Of a DNA stretch of 64,000 bases, positions 18,507 through 27,380 are shown one piece after another. Each line of letters starts with the position of its first letter. The first letter of the stretch is position 1. The translations under genes were made by a program, and so were the position numbers. The notes beneath the pieces are model-generated. The model made no database searches, was not told the origin of the DNA, and saw nothing but the letters and a program-made list of their open reading frames with translations. The stretch comes from Candidatus Omnitrophota bacterium (GTDB lineage Bacteria > Omnitrophota > Gorgyraeia > Zapsychrales > Fredricksoniimonadaceae): the NCBI GenBank assembly GCA_903901225.1, contig CAIUQE010000011.1, positions 1,453 through 65,452 on the forward strand, written 5' to 3'.

Positions 18507-19602
18507 CCGCCTCGCGCAGGAACCGTGACTTCCACAACCCTTCGGCCCACTCCCCCTCCGCCGTCGAATCCCAGACAATGCCGCCGCCGACACCCATTTC
18601 GCCCTGGCCTGCGCGGAGCAAAATGGTCCTGATGGGAACATTAAAGAACATGTCCCGCTGTGGCGTGATCCACCCGATGGCCCCGGTGTAGATGCGCCGC
18701 GGTTCCCCCTCAAGCCCGTGGATGATCCCCATGGCCCGCACCTTCGGCGCCCCGGTCACTGATCCCGACGGAAAAATAGCCCTGAAAAGGTCGATGAACG
18801 CAAGATCAGCGGGCATCCTCGCCTCTACCGTCGACGTCATCTGGAAGATCGTCCTGTAACCCGCGACCTCGAAAAGCCGGGGTGTCCTGACCGCGGCACC
18901 GACGCGCCCGAGGTCATTGCGCAAAAGGTCGGCGATCATCACGTTCTCCGCGCGGTTCTTCCCGTCAAAATGCAAACGTATCCCGCCGAGAAATCTATCG
19001 CCCAACCCTCCGGCGCCGCCCGGGCGCGGCCATGAACCCTTCATGGGTTTCACCCGCACGCGCTCACCGGCCTTGCGGATGAACATTTCAGGGGACAACG
19101 AAAGTATTTTATAGGGTCCGGTCTCAATATAGGCGGGATATGGCACATTCTGCCGGGACAGCAGATGACGGTAAAGATCGTACGCGGACCCGCGAAAGTT
19201 GAACAGGTTCTTGAGGCAATAGGTGATCTGGTAAACATCGCCGTCACGGATATGGTCGTGGATGCGGGCGATCGCGCGGGTGTAATCTTCCTGCGATATA
19301 TTCGCCGTTAAATCAGAAACCTCGAACGGCTCTTGGGCCGCGCGCGGCCTGCGGCGCGCGGGAGCGCCAAAAACCCCCAGGCACATCAAAGGAAAATCGT
19401 CACCCCGCAAATGCCCCAGCGCCGGTTCCAGGGCGTAACCGGCCTCATACGACAGGAACCCGGCCACATGATGGCCATCGGCGAGGGCCTGTTCCACCTG
19501 GTCGAAACACACCCGCAAGTCCTTTGCGCGATCACAGCGGATGAGACAAAGAGGATGTTCAAACAGTAAAGGCTTGTTATGGAATTCGAAGAGCGCGCGC
19601 AT
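18493..19602 (-). CDS. pabB: Chorismate-utilising enzyme, aminodeoxychorismate synthase component I-like (short form)
   Basis: The 369-aa product has the chorismate-binding core (PGGAGG ... SVTGAPKVRAMGII ... GGGIVWDS). The start codon abuts the mnmE stop. The gene is close to folC. Confidence 0.7.
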   Translation of the reverse strand: MRALFEFHNKPLLFEHPLCLIRCDRAKDLRVCFDQVEQALADGHHVAGFLSYEAGYALEPALGHLRGDDFPLMCLGVFGAPARRRPRAAQEPFEVSDLTANISQEDYTRAIARIHDHIRDGDVYQITYCLKNLFNFRGSAYDLYRHLLSRQNVPYPAYIETGPYKILSLSPEMFIRKAGERVRVKPMKGSWPRPGGAGGLGDRFLGGIRLHFDGKNRAENVMIADLLRNDLGRVGAAVRTPRLFEVAGYRTIFQMTSTVEARMPADLAFIDLFRAIFPSGSVTGAPKVRAMGIIHGLEGEPRRIYTGAIGWITPQRDMFFNVPIRTILLRAGQGEMGVGGGIVWDSTAEGEWAEGLWKSRFLREAVRAF

Positions 19603-20979
19603 TCATTTACCGATGCAAAAGCCGGAAAAGATCCGCTCCAGCACGTCCTCGTCGACATTACGGCCCGTGATCGCGTCAAGCTCATTGACGGCCAGCTTGA
19701 GGTCCTCGGCCGCGAATTCAGGAGGAACCTTATCCCGCAGCGCGTCCACCGCGCGGACCAGGGCTTCACCGGCGCGCCGCAACGCGTCAACATGGCGGAT
19801 ATCATTGAGGATGACCCCGCGCGTGTCGCAGGCCGCCCCGTCGCATGCGAGGGTGATCATGGCGGCCTTGAGCTCTTCCAGGCCCAGGCGGGTCAGCGCG
19901 GAAATATTAACGGTGCGCGCGTGGGCGCCGTGGCCTTCGGCCGCGGGCAGGTCCGCCTTGTTGCGCACATGGATCGTGTGCGGATTTCTTATTTCGGCCG
20001 CGAGGACGCGGTCCACCGCTTCGGGCGGGCGGCTCCCGTCGAGAACAAGCAGGACAATGTCCGCGCTCTCTACCGCGGCGCGTGAACGGCGCACCGCCTC
20101 TTCTTCGATCTTGTCGCGCGGCGCCAGGATGCCGGCCGTATCCACAAGGTTCACGGGAATGCCGTTGATATTGGCGGCTTCCTCAAGGACATCACGGGTC
20201 GTGCCCGCCACGTCAGTGACAATGGCGCGCGGCGCGCGCAAAAGGGCGTTGAGCAAAGAAGATTTCCCGACATTGGGCTTGCCGCAAATGACGACCTTGA
20301 TCCCTTCCTTGAGGATCCGCCCGCTTTTAGCCGTGGCCAGCAGCGCCTCGATCCGGCCCCGCGCGGCCGCAAGGTCATCGCGCAGTGCCGCCGCCTGCCC
20401 CTGGTCCGTGTCATCCTCGGGAAAATTCAGCACCGCCTCGATCCCGGCCAGCGCGTTCAACAGCGCCTGGCGCACGGCATCAAGTTCCGTCGACAATTCC
20501 CCCTTGAGCTGGCGCTCGCCGGCGCGCAACGCCGCGTCGGTGCGGGCATTGATGACATCCATCACCGCTTCGGCCTGCGCGAGGTCGATACGCCCGTTGA
20601 GGAACGCCCGCTTGGTGTACTCGCCCGGCTGGGCCAGGCGCGCGCCATTCTCCAGGCACAATTCAAGGACCGCGCGCACCGCCGCGGGCCCGCCGTGGCA
20701 GCTGATCTCCGCCACATCCTCGCGCGTGTAACTTTTCGGCGCGCGCATCACGGCCGCCAGTGCCTCGTCAACAACATCCCCCGCGCCCGTGGTGACGCGC
20801 CCATAGTGCACGCTGAACCCCGGCCAGGCCGAAGGCTGTGTCCCGTCGCGCGCGGTAAAAACACGCGCCAGCACCGCGAACGCGTCCGCGCCGCTGAGGC
20901 GCACGATCCCGACCCCGCCCGTACCGGCCGGCGTGATGATCGCCGCGATCGTGTCTTCAAACCCTTTATACTGGTACAC
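19603..20979 (-). CDS. mnmE: tRNA modification GTPase MnmE
   Basis: The product has the G-domain (GKPNVGKSSLLN), the N-terminal THF-binding domain (DTIAAIITPAGTGGVGIVRLSG) and a C-terminal CIGK. The start is trimmed to the in-frame GTG at 20979, which is preceded by GGGAGA. The ORF track extension to 21141 overlaps folC heavily. Confidence 0.8.
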   Translation of the reverse strand: MYQYKGFEDTIAAIITPAGTGGVGIVRLSGADAFAVLARVFTARDGTQPSAWPGFSVHYGRVTTGAGDVVDEALAAVMRAPKSYTREDVAEISCHGGPAAVRAVLELCLENGARLAQPGEYTKRAFLNGRIDLAQAEAVMDVINARTDAALRAGERQLKGELSTELDAVRQALLNALAGIEAVLNFPEDDTDQGQAAALRDDLAAARGRIEALLATAKSGRILKEGIKVVICGKPNVGKSSLLNALLRAPRAIVTDVAGTTRDVLEEAANINGIPVNLVDTAGILAPRDKIEEEAVRRSRAAVESADIVLLVLDGSRPPEAVDRVLAAEIRNPHTIHVRNKADLPAAEGHGAHARTVNISALTRLGLEELKAAMITLACDGAACDTRGVILNDIRHVDALRRAGEALVRAVDALRDKVPPEFAAEDLKLAVNELDAITGRNVDEDVLERIFSGFCIGK

Positions 20980-22318
20980 GCATTTTCTCCCTGGCTTCAG
21001 CGCAGACGAACACGGATCCCGTGACAAGGATAATACCATCTTTCCCGGCCATTTGCCTGGCCCGGACCAATGCTCCGGTGACATCGGACGCGGACACAAG
21101 TTCAGCCCCGGGCACGATAGCGCACACGTCGTCGACAGCAATATCCATGGCGCGCGGATTATCCGCTTTGGTCAATACCAGCGCTCCGGTGATCTGACTT
21201 AAAGCTTTCACGAACGCCCTTGCATCCTTGTCCGCGCTCATCCCCAGCACCACGACCGCCTTGCGGCCGGGATAAACCCGGCTGAACGTCCTTTCGAGGG
21301 CCTCTGCCGACTCGGGCGTGTGCGCGCAATCGAGGATGACCACCGGGACCGTGCCCGCGGGCTCGAAACGCGCGGGCCAATGGACCGAGCGGATCCCCTC
21401 ACGGACACTTTCCGCCGTAATGACATAACCGTACGTCTCAAGGTCCTCGGCCATGCCGATGGCCAGCGCCGCGTTCTCGGCCTGATGCGCCCCTGTCAAA
21501 GGAGAAAAAAGATCATCATAGCGCCGCCGGCCCTCCACCGTAAAACGGACTCCCCGCGCCGTCATTTCATGGACCGCGCACGGCAGGTCTTCCCCGACGA
21601 CCGTTGGGCGGATCCCCAGCGCGCGGCAATGCTCCCGCAGCACCGCCATGACTTCAGGTACCTGGGGCGCGAGGGTCACGCGCTGGGACGATGAACGGAT
21701 GATCCCCGCCTTCTCCGCGGCGATCAAAGCAGGCGTAACACCCAGGATATTCATATGGTCAAGCCCGACGGGCGTGATGCCGCACACGGAGGTCTCCACG
21801 GCATTGGTCGCGTCCAGCCTTCCGCCCAGCCCCGTTTCCAGGACAACCAGGCGCGTCTGGCGGCTCGCGAACAATGAGATGGCCAATACGGTCATGAGCT
21901 CGTAGAAGGTGATCTCGACACCCGACGCGCGCAACTGGTCAATATCACGCCGGTAATATAAAAGCCTCTCGCCGATCTCCCTCAACGTGATCGCGCCGTC
22001 AAAGCCGGGCGCGGGAACGCCGGGCTCAAGCACGCGGATGCGTTCACTCAAAGAATGCAAATGGGGCGAGGTATAAAGGCCCGTGCGGTAACCCGACGCG
22101 CGCAGGATGGCAGCGAGGAACGCGCAGGCGGAACCCTTGCCTTTCGTGCCCGCCACATGCGCGAAACGCAGGTCACTGTCGGGGCGCCCGAAAACAGCCA
22201 GGAGCTTCTCCACGCGGTCAAGCGCGAATGACGCCGCACCCGCGGATTGAAGCTTTGTTTCCCAATTGTTGAATGTTTGAAGGTAGGCGATGGCCCCGTC
22301 GGCCGGGAGATCTGCCAT
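20966..22318 (-). CDS. folC: Folylpolyglutamate synthase / dihydrofolate synthase (Mur ligase family)
   Basis: The 450-aa product has a P-loop (HVAGTKGKGS) and a Mur ligase middle and C-terminal domain pattern. Confidence 0.8.
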   Translation of the reverse strand: MADLPADGAIAYLQTFNNWETKLQSAGAASFALDRVEKLLAVFGRPDSDLRFAHVAGTKGKGSACAFLAAILRASGYRTGLYTSPHLHSLSERIRVLEPGVPAPGFDGAITLREIGERLLYYRRDIDQLRASGVEITFYELMTVLAISLFASRQTRLVVLETGLGGRLDATNAVETSVCGITPVGLDHMNILGVTPALIAAEKAGIIRSSSQRVTLAPQVPEVMAVLREHCRALGIRPTVVGEDLPCAVHEMTARGVRFTVEGRRRYDDLFSPLTGAHQAENAALAIGMAEDLETYGYVITAESVREGIRSVHWPARFEPAGTVPVVILDCAHTPESAEALERTFSRVYPGRKAVVVLGMSADKDARAFVKALSQITGALVLTKADNPRAMDIAVDDVCAIVPGAELVSASDVTGALVRARQMAGKDGIILVTGSVFVCAEAREKMRVPV

Positions 22319-22324
22319 GGAGGC

Positions 22325-23881
22325 TCAGTGGCGGAAATGCCTTACGCCGGTGAAGACCATGGCGAGTTTGCGCTTGTCGGCTTCCTTGATGACTTCAGCA
22401 TCGGCAATGGACCCGCCGGTCTGGATGATGGCGGTGATGCCGGCCTTGGCCGCGATGGTGACCGTGTCGGCCTTGGGAAGGAAAGCATCAGAAGCCAGGA
22501 CACTGCCTTTGGCCGCCTTGCCCGCTTTCCTGATCGCGTGCCCGGCGCTGTCAACGCGCGAAGGCAGGCCAACGCCCAAGCCCACGGTCGTCATGCCCTT
22601 GGTAAGGACGATGCCGTTGGACTTGACCGCCTTGACCACCTTCCACCCGAATAGCATGGACGCGATCTGGGCTTTTGTCGGCTTCTTTTTGCTCACGACT
22701 TTGAGGTCTTCAGCGCACAACTCCCGGACATCGGTATCCTGGAGCAAAAGCCCGCCCGGGACTTTTTTCAGGTCATAGGCGTCTTTTTTAAAATTTTCAC
22801 AGGGCAATACGATCAGGCGGACGTTCTTTTTCTGCGTCAGCAGCGCCAGAGCTTCCTGATTGAACCCGGGCGCGATCACGCATTCCATGAAACCGCTCGC
22901 GGCAATGGCCTCGGCGGTCTTCAGGTCGACCACGCGGTTAAGCCCGATAATGCCGCCGAACGCGGACAAGGCGTCGCAATTGTAGGCGCTTTTATACGCC
23001 GTAACAAGGTCTTTGCCCGTCGCCACGCCGGAGGGGTTGTTGTGCTTCACGAGCACCGCCGCGGGTTCGCTGAAATTGTAGGCAATATCCGCGGCCGCGT
23101 AGAGATCAAGGATGTTGTTGAAGGAAAGTTCTTTGCCGTGCAGCTGCTTGATGGCGGCAAGGCCTGTCGGCTCACCGGCGTCACGGTAGAAAGCGCCGGC
23201 CTGGTGCGGGTTTTCCCCGTAGCGCAGGTCCTGCACTTTGGTGAAGCCCAAAGCAAGCGCCTGCGGCAGCGTCGTGAACGCCTCCGACGAGAACCGCCGC
23301 CCCAGAAAACCCGCGATGGCGTGATCGTAACTCGCGGTCCGTTCAAAGACCTCATGGGCCAGGCCGATGAGGATGCGGTCCGGCAGGATGCCGCTGTTCG
23401 CCTGCATTTCCGCGAGGATATCCTTGTAACGGGAGGGATTGCAAATGACCGCGACGCTTTTGTAATTCTTCGCCGCGGAACGCAGCATCGAGGGGCCACC
23501 GATATCGATGTTCTCGATGGCCTCCTCGAGTGAAACGTTCTTCTTGGCCGTCACCTTCTCGAACGGATAAAGGTTGACCACGACCATATCGATAAGGCCG
23601 ATCCCGTGCGCGGCGATCTGCTTCATGTGATCCGGATTCTCCCGCAACGCGAGCAGGCCCCCGTGGATCTTCGGGTGGAGCGTTTTCACGCGCCCGTCGA
23701 GCATTTCCGGGAACCCCGTGTAATCAGACACGTCCCGGACCGCGACGCCCGCGTCCCGCAGGGCTTTCGCGGTGCCGCCCGTGGAAAGGATCTCAACGCC
23801 AAAGGCCGACAACCCCCGGGCGAATTCCAATATCCCCGTTTTATCCGACACGCTGATGAGCGCGCGCTTGACCTTGATCAT
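22325..23881 (-). CDS. purH: Bifunctional AICAR transformylase / IMP cyclohydrolase
   Basis: The 518-aa product has an MGS-like N-terminus (ALISVSDKTGI ... STGGTA) and an AICARFT C-terminus. Confidence 0.92.
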   Translation of the reverse strand: MIKVKRALISVSDKTGILEFARGLSAFGVEILSTGGTAKALRDAGVAVRDVSDYTGFPEMLDGRVKTLHPKIHGGLLALRENPDHMKQIAAHGIGLIDMVVVNLYPFEKVTAKKNVSLEEAIENIDIGGPSMLRSAAKNYKSVAVICNPSRYKDILAEMQANSGILPDRILIGLAHEVFERTASYDHAIAGFLGRRFSSEAFTTLPQALALGFTKVQDLRYGENPHQAGAFYRDAGEPTGLAAIKQLHGKELSFNNILDLYAAADIAYNFSEPAAVLVKHNNPSGVATGKDLVTAYKSAYNCDALSAFGGIIGLNRVVDLKTAEAIAASGFMECVIAPGFNQEALALLTQKKNVRLIVLPCENFKKDAYDLKKVPGGLLLQDTDVRELCAEDLKVVSKKKPTKAQIASMLFGWKVVKAVKSNGIVLTKGMTTVGLGVGLPSRVDSAGHAIRKAGKAAKGSVLASDAFLPKADTVTIAAKAGITAIIQTGGSIADAEVIKEADKRKLAMVFTGVRHFRH

Positions 23882-23889
23882 GACCTGTC

Positions 23890-24051
23890 CTAGAAGCTCC
23901 TTTTGCCCTTTTTACGCTTGCGCTCGGAAGGCTTGGCATAAAAACGCCGCTCCTTGAGCTCCACGAGAAAACCGTCGCGCTGGCACTGCTTCTTGAACTG
24001 ACGCAACGCTTTCTCGAAACTGTTCTTGTCGCTGACCTTGACTTCGACCAT
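23890..24051 (-). CDS. rpsU: 30S ribosomal protein bS21
   Basis: Hand translation gives MVEVKVSDKNSFEKALRQFKKQCQRDGFLVELKERRFYAKPSERKRKKGKRSF (53 aa). It matches the S21 pattern (xVxVxxNExxExALRRFKR ... REFYEKPS ... RKRK). It is absent from the ORF track because it is under 60 aa. An AT-rich promoter-like stretch with GATAAT lies upstream. Confidence 0.8.
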   Translation of the reverse strand: MVEVKVSDKNSFEKALRQFKKQCQRDGFLVELKERRFYAKPSERKRKKGKRSF

Positions 24052-24156
24052 TTAAAAATTCACCCGCCTCTCACATCTTAGGATTAAGATGCTTATGTTA
24101 GAAAATTACCCGCGAACCGAGGGCATGAAAAATAGTGCGGTATATTATCACAAACC

Positions 24157-25416
24157 TCACATACCGTAAACAAGATTAAACCCTACCATCATCAGGGTCA
24201 AAAGGATCACCACCGCCACCGTCACCCAGGCAATGATATTGAACGTCCTGGAATTGGTAAATTCCCCCATGATGCGCTTATCATTGATCAGCTTGAGCAT
24301 AAAGATCAGGATGACCGGCAAAAGAACGCCGTTGCCGACCTGCGAGAAATACATCACATCCAAGAGCGGAAAACGGGGATAAAGCACCGCCCCCGCGCCG
24401 ATGACGATCATCGCCGTGTAAAGCCCGAAGAACTGCGGGGCTTCCTCAAAACGCCGGTCAATGCCGGCATCCCAGCCCATCCCCTCGCAGATGGAATACG
24501 CGGTGGACAAAGGCAGGATCGCCGCCGCGAAGATCGACGCCACAAAAAGCCCCAGCGCGAAAAGCCAGGTCGCGTGGACCCCCGCGAAAGGCTGCAGGGC
24601 AAGGGCCGCGTCCTTGGCCGTCGCGATCGTTGTCCCGGAATGGTGGATCGTGGCCGCGCACGCCACCACGATGAAGAACGCCACCACCGGCGCGATGATG
24701 CAGCCCGTGACCACGTCCAGGCGCACCATCTTGTAATCCTCGGGCGCCACGCCTTTTTCGACCACCGATGACTGCAGGTAGAACTGCATCCAGGGCGCGA
24801 TCGTCGTTCCGACGAGGCCGACCAGCATGATAATGTAGTCCAGTTTGAACTCGAAACTGGGGATGAGGGTCTGCCGGGCCACGTCATGCCAGTCAGGCTT
24901 GGCCATGACCCCGGAAATAAGGTATGCCACGTAAAAAAGGCAGGCGCCCAAAAAAACGCGCTCCACGAGCTTGTACGTCCCCCGCACGACGAGGAGCCAC
25001 ACGAACAACCCGGCCAGCGGGACGGAAATATATTTGCTGACGCCGAAGATCTCCATGCTCGCGGCCACACCCGCGAACTCGGCCATGACGTTGGAAAGGT
25101 TGACCAACAGCAGTGCCAGCATGAGGTAAAAGGTCATCTTGACGCCGAAGCTCTCGCGGATAAGGTCCGCAAGCCCCTTGCCGGTGGCGACCGCCATGCG
25201 CGCGCACATCTCCTGCACCACGATCAGCGCGAAGGTGATGGGAATGAGGGACCACAGCAGCGAGTACCCGAAATGCGCGCCCGCCAGCGAATACGTGGTG
25301 ATCCCGCCCGCGTCATTGTCCACGTTCGCCGTGATGATCCCCGGGCCCATGATGGCCAGGAATAACAGTGTGTTAGCCACGAACCTGTTCTGTCTGAACT
25401 TCGCCCACAATGACAT
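24157..25416 (-). CDS. mntH: Nramp-family divalent metal (Mn2+/Fe2+) transporter
   Basis: The 419-aa product has about 11 transmembrane helices and the Nramp signature region (GPGIITANVDNDAGGITTYS). Confidence 0.85.
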   Translation of the reverse strand: MSLWAKFRQNRFVANTLLFLAIMGPGIITANVDNDAGGITTYSLAGAHFGYSLLWSLIPITFALIVVQEMCARMAVATGKGLADLIRESFGVKMTFYLMLALLLVNLSNVMAEFAGVAASMEIFGVSKYISVPLAGLFVWLLVVRGTYKLVERVFLGACLFYVAYLISGVMAKPDWHDVARQTLIPSFEFKLDYIIMLVGLVGTTIAPWMQFYLQSSVVEKGVAPEDYKMVRLDVVTGCIIAPVVAFFIVVACAATIHHSGTTIATAKDAALALQPFAGVHATWLFALGLFVASIFAAAILPLSTAYSICEGMGWDAGIDRRFEEAPQFFGLYTAMIVIGAGAVLYPRFPLLDVMYFSQVGNGVLLPVILIFMLKLINDKRIMGEFTNSRTFNIIAWVTVAVVILLTLMMVGFNLVYGM

Positions 25417-25425
25417 ATGTGATCC

Positions 25426-26724
25426 TTAGATCTGGTCCTTATATTTACCCCACGCGAGGGCAATGAGTTCTTCCATGACATCGTCAACCGTGATCGACCC
25501 GATCAGCACATCATCATCATCAACGACCGGGATGGCCGAATACTTGTACTGCTCGATCAGGACCGCCACTTTTTCCATGCCGTCATCCGCGTGAACAAAA
25601 ACCTTCTGCGGATGGCAGACCGCCAGGATCGGCTTGGCGGGGTCCTCGTTGAGGAAGCGATGGATCGTCGTGGTCCCGACATAACGCCCCTTATCGTCAA
25701 CGACATAAACGGTCATGATGCTGACCGCGTGGTCCAGGCTGGCCTTGACCTTGGCGAGGGCATCACCCGCCGTGGCCGTGGAATTGAGCGACAGGAACTC
25801 CGTCGTCATCAGTCCGCCCGCCGAATCCTTGCGAAAGCCCAAGAGCGAACGCAGGCGTTTCGAGGCTTCCGATTCCATGAGGCGCATCAGCTGCTGCACG
25901 CGCACCTTGGGGATCGCCATCAGGAAGTCCGCCGCCTCATCCGACGGGATCCGGGTGATGATCTGGGCGACCTCGTGGTCTTCAAGGAGCTCGACCAGCC
26001 CCGCCTTGTCGTCCGGCGCCATATCCGTGAACACTTTCAGCTGCACATCAAAAGCCAGGGAACGGAACAGCGACAACTGCTCGAACACGTCAAGGTCGCC
26101 CATGAGCTCCGCGAGCGCCACCGCCGGGATCTTGGCGATCTTGGCCCGCGCCACATCGAGCTTGAGGACGTTCTTTTTGCTGCCGAGGGTCAGGACCTGG
26201 GAATTCTTCCAGCTGACAAGTTCTTCATGCGCCAAATAGGGCGCGTCTTTTTTAAGCAGGCGGACCAGGCCGTCAACCCCCGCTTCCCAGCCCAGACGGC
26301 GCACAAGGCCCCGCAAACCCACATCCACGTGCGCGATATGGAACTGGTTATCGACGCGCAACAAGTGCACGTCATTGACCCGCACGACCTTCTTGTTCTC
26401 GACATCCACGACCTGCTGGTCAAGAAGGTCGCGCCGCAGGGCGAATTCGCTGTCGATGATCCCTTTCTGGAACACAATAGCCGTCAACGCGACCTTAAGG
26501 TGGATCTTCTCCTGCACGCGGGCGAGGTCCGTGGTAAGTATCTCGGTGTACTCACCGGCGAGGGCGTTCCGGCGGACAATGAGGCCCTTCACGCGCGGAT
26601 AAATGTCGTTGTTGAGCGCGATCGAAAGATCAAAAAGCCTCCCCACGGGGCGGCCGTTGACATCGACAACAGCCTTTCCCAGAAGTTCAGAAAAATAAAT
26701 GAAGAATTGGTCTGCCATAATCAT
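25426..26724 (-). CDS. Soluble MgtE-N plus CBS-pair protein with N-terminal PRC-barrel-like repeats; no transmembrane pore
   Basis: The product is about 433 aa from the ATG that overlaps the nth stop in a TAATG junction. An MgtE N-domain and CBS pair are present, but the protein ends ...DDVMEELIALAWGKYKDQI with no hydrophobic C-terminal domain. The ORF track's N-terminal extension is rejected. Confidence 0.6.
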   Translation of the reverse strand: MIMADQFFIYFSELLGKAVVDVNGRPVGRLFDLSIALNNDIYPRVKGLIVRRNALAGEYTEILTTDLARVQEKIHLKVALTAIVFQKGIIDSEFALRRDLLDQQVVDVENKKVVRVNDVHLLRVDNQFHIAHVDVGLRGLVRRLGWEAGVDGLVRLLKKDAPYLAHEELVSWKNSQVLTLGSKKNVLKLDVARAKIAKIPAVALAELMGDLDVFEQLSLFRSLAFDVQLKVFTDMAPDDKAGLVELLEDHEVAQIITRIPSDEAADFLMAIPKVRVQQLMRLMESEASKRLRSLLGFRKDSAGGLMTTEFLSLNSTATAGDALAKVKASLDHAVSIMTVYVVDDKGRYVGTTTIHRFLNEDPAKPILAVCHPQKVFVHADDGMEKVAVLIEQYKYSAIPVVDDDDVLIGSITVDDVMEELIALAWGKYKDQI

Positions 26725-27380
26725 TAACGTTGCGTCCCGACGCCGGTCCTGGCGCACATCCCGCGGACCGCGCACGCCGAACATTTCGGCGAAACGGGCC
26801 GGCAGATATTCTGCCCCCACAGCACAAGGATCCAGTTGATATCTTTCCAGTACTTCCCGGGCAGCTTCGCGCGCAGGGCCATTTCCGTGGCCTCGGGCGT
26901 GCGGGTCCGCAGGTACCCGAGGCGGTTGGTGATACGGTGCACGTGCGTGTCAACGCAGATACCGGGTTTGCCGAACCCCTCGACCAGGACAAGATTCGCC
27001 GTCTTGCGCCCCACGCCCTTGAATTCCAGAAGGGCTTCGAGCGTGTCCGGAACTTTCCCCTGATGGTCCTCGATGATGGAACGGCTGATGTCCATGATGC
27101 GCCGCGCCTTGGTCCGGTAAAAACCGACGGGATAAATGGCGCGCTCGATATCACGGATGGATAACTCTAGCATACGCTCGGGCGCGGGGGCAAGCGCAAA
27201 TAAACGTTCCGCGGCCGGCAGTGTGGTCTCATCCTTGGTGCGCAGACTCAGCAGGCACGCCACCAGGACCAGGTAAGGGCTCTGCCACCGTTTCCCGACG
27301 AGCGTGACCGAGGGGGCCGACAGGGACCGCAGCGCTTTCCTGAGTTGGGCAAGGACCTCTCCCATCTGTCCGGCTGTCAT
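26724..27380 (-). CDS. nth: Endonuclease III (HhH-GPD DNA glycosylase, 4Fe-4S)
   Basis: The 218-aa product has an HhH-GPD motif (LLEFKGVGRKTANLVL), a catalytic D in VDTHVHRI and a C-terminal Cx6Cx2Cx5C cluster. Confidence 0.85.
   Translation of the reverse strand: MTAGQMGEVLAQLRKALRSLSAPSVTLVGKRWQSPYLVLVACLLSLRTKDETTLPAAERLFALAPAPERMLELSIRDIERAIYPVGFYRTKARRIMDISRSIIEDHQGKVPDTLEALLEFKGVGRKTANLVLVEGFGKPGICVDTHVHRITNRLGYLRTRTPEATEMALRAKLPGKYWKDINWILVLWGQNICRPVSPKCSACAVRGMCARTGVGTQR

Noticed and set aside
20979-21141. An N-terminal 54-aa extension of MnmE in the ORF track. Analogous extensions exist for queD (to 6309), the ABC permease (to 37821), the 32440 gene (to 33441), the MgtE-N gene (to 26820) and the 30288 gene (GTG at 31700).
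   Set aside because: The extensions overlap upstream genes by tens to hundreds of nucleotides and lack homology. Internal starts with Shine-Dalgarno sequences or ATGA or TAATG coupling give canonical protein N-termini.
24052-24156. The spacer upstream of rpsU and downstream of mntH checked for a Mn2+ (yybP-ykoY) riboswitch.
   Set aside because: It is downstream of mntH rather than in its 5' leader. The mntH start is overlapped by the upstream gene, which leaves no leader, and no riboswitch-like conserved helices were noted.
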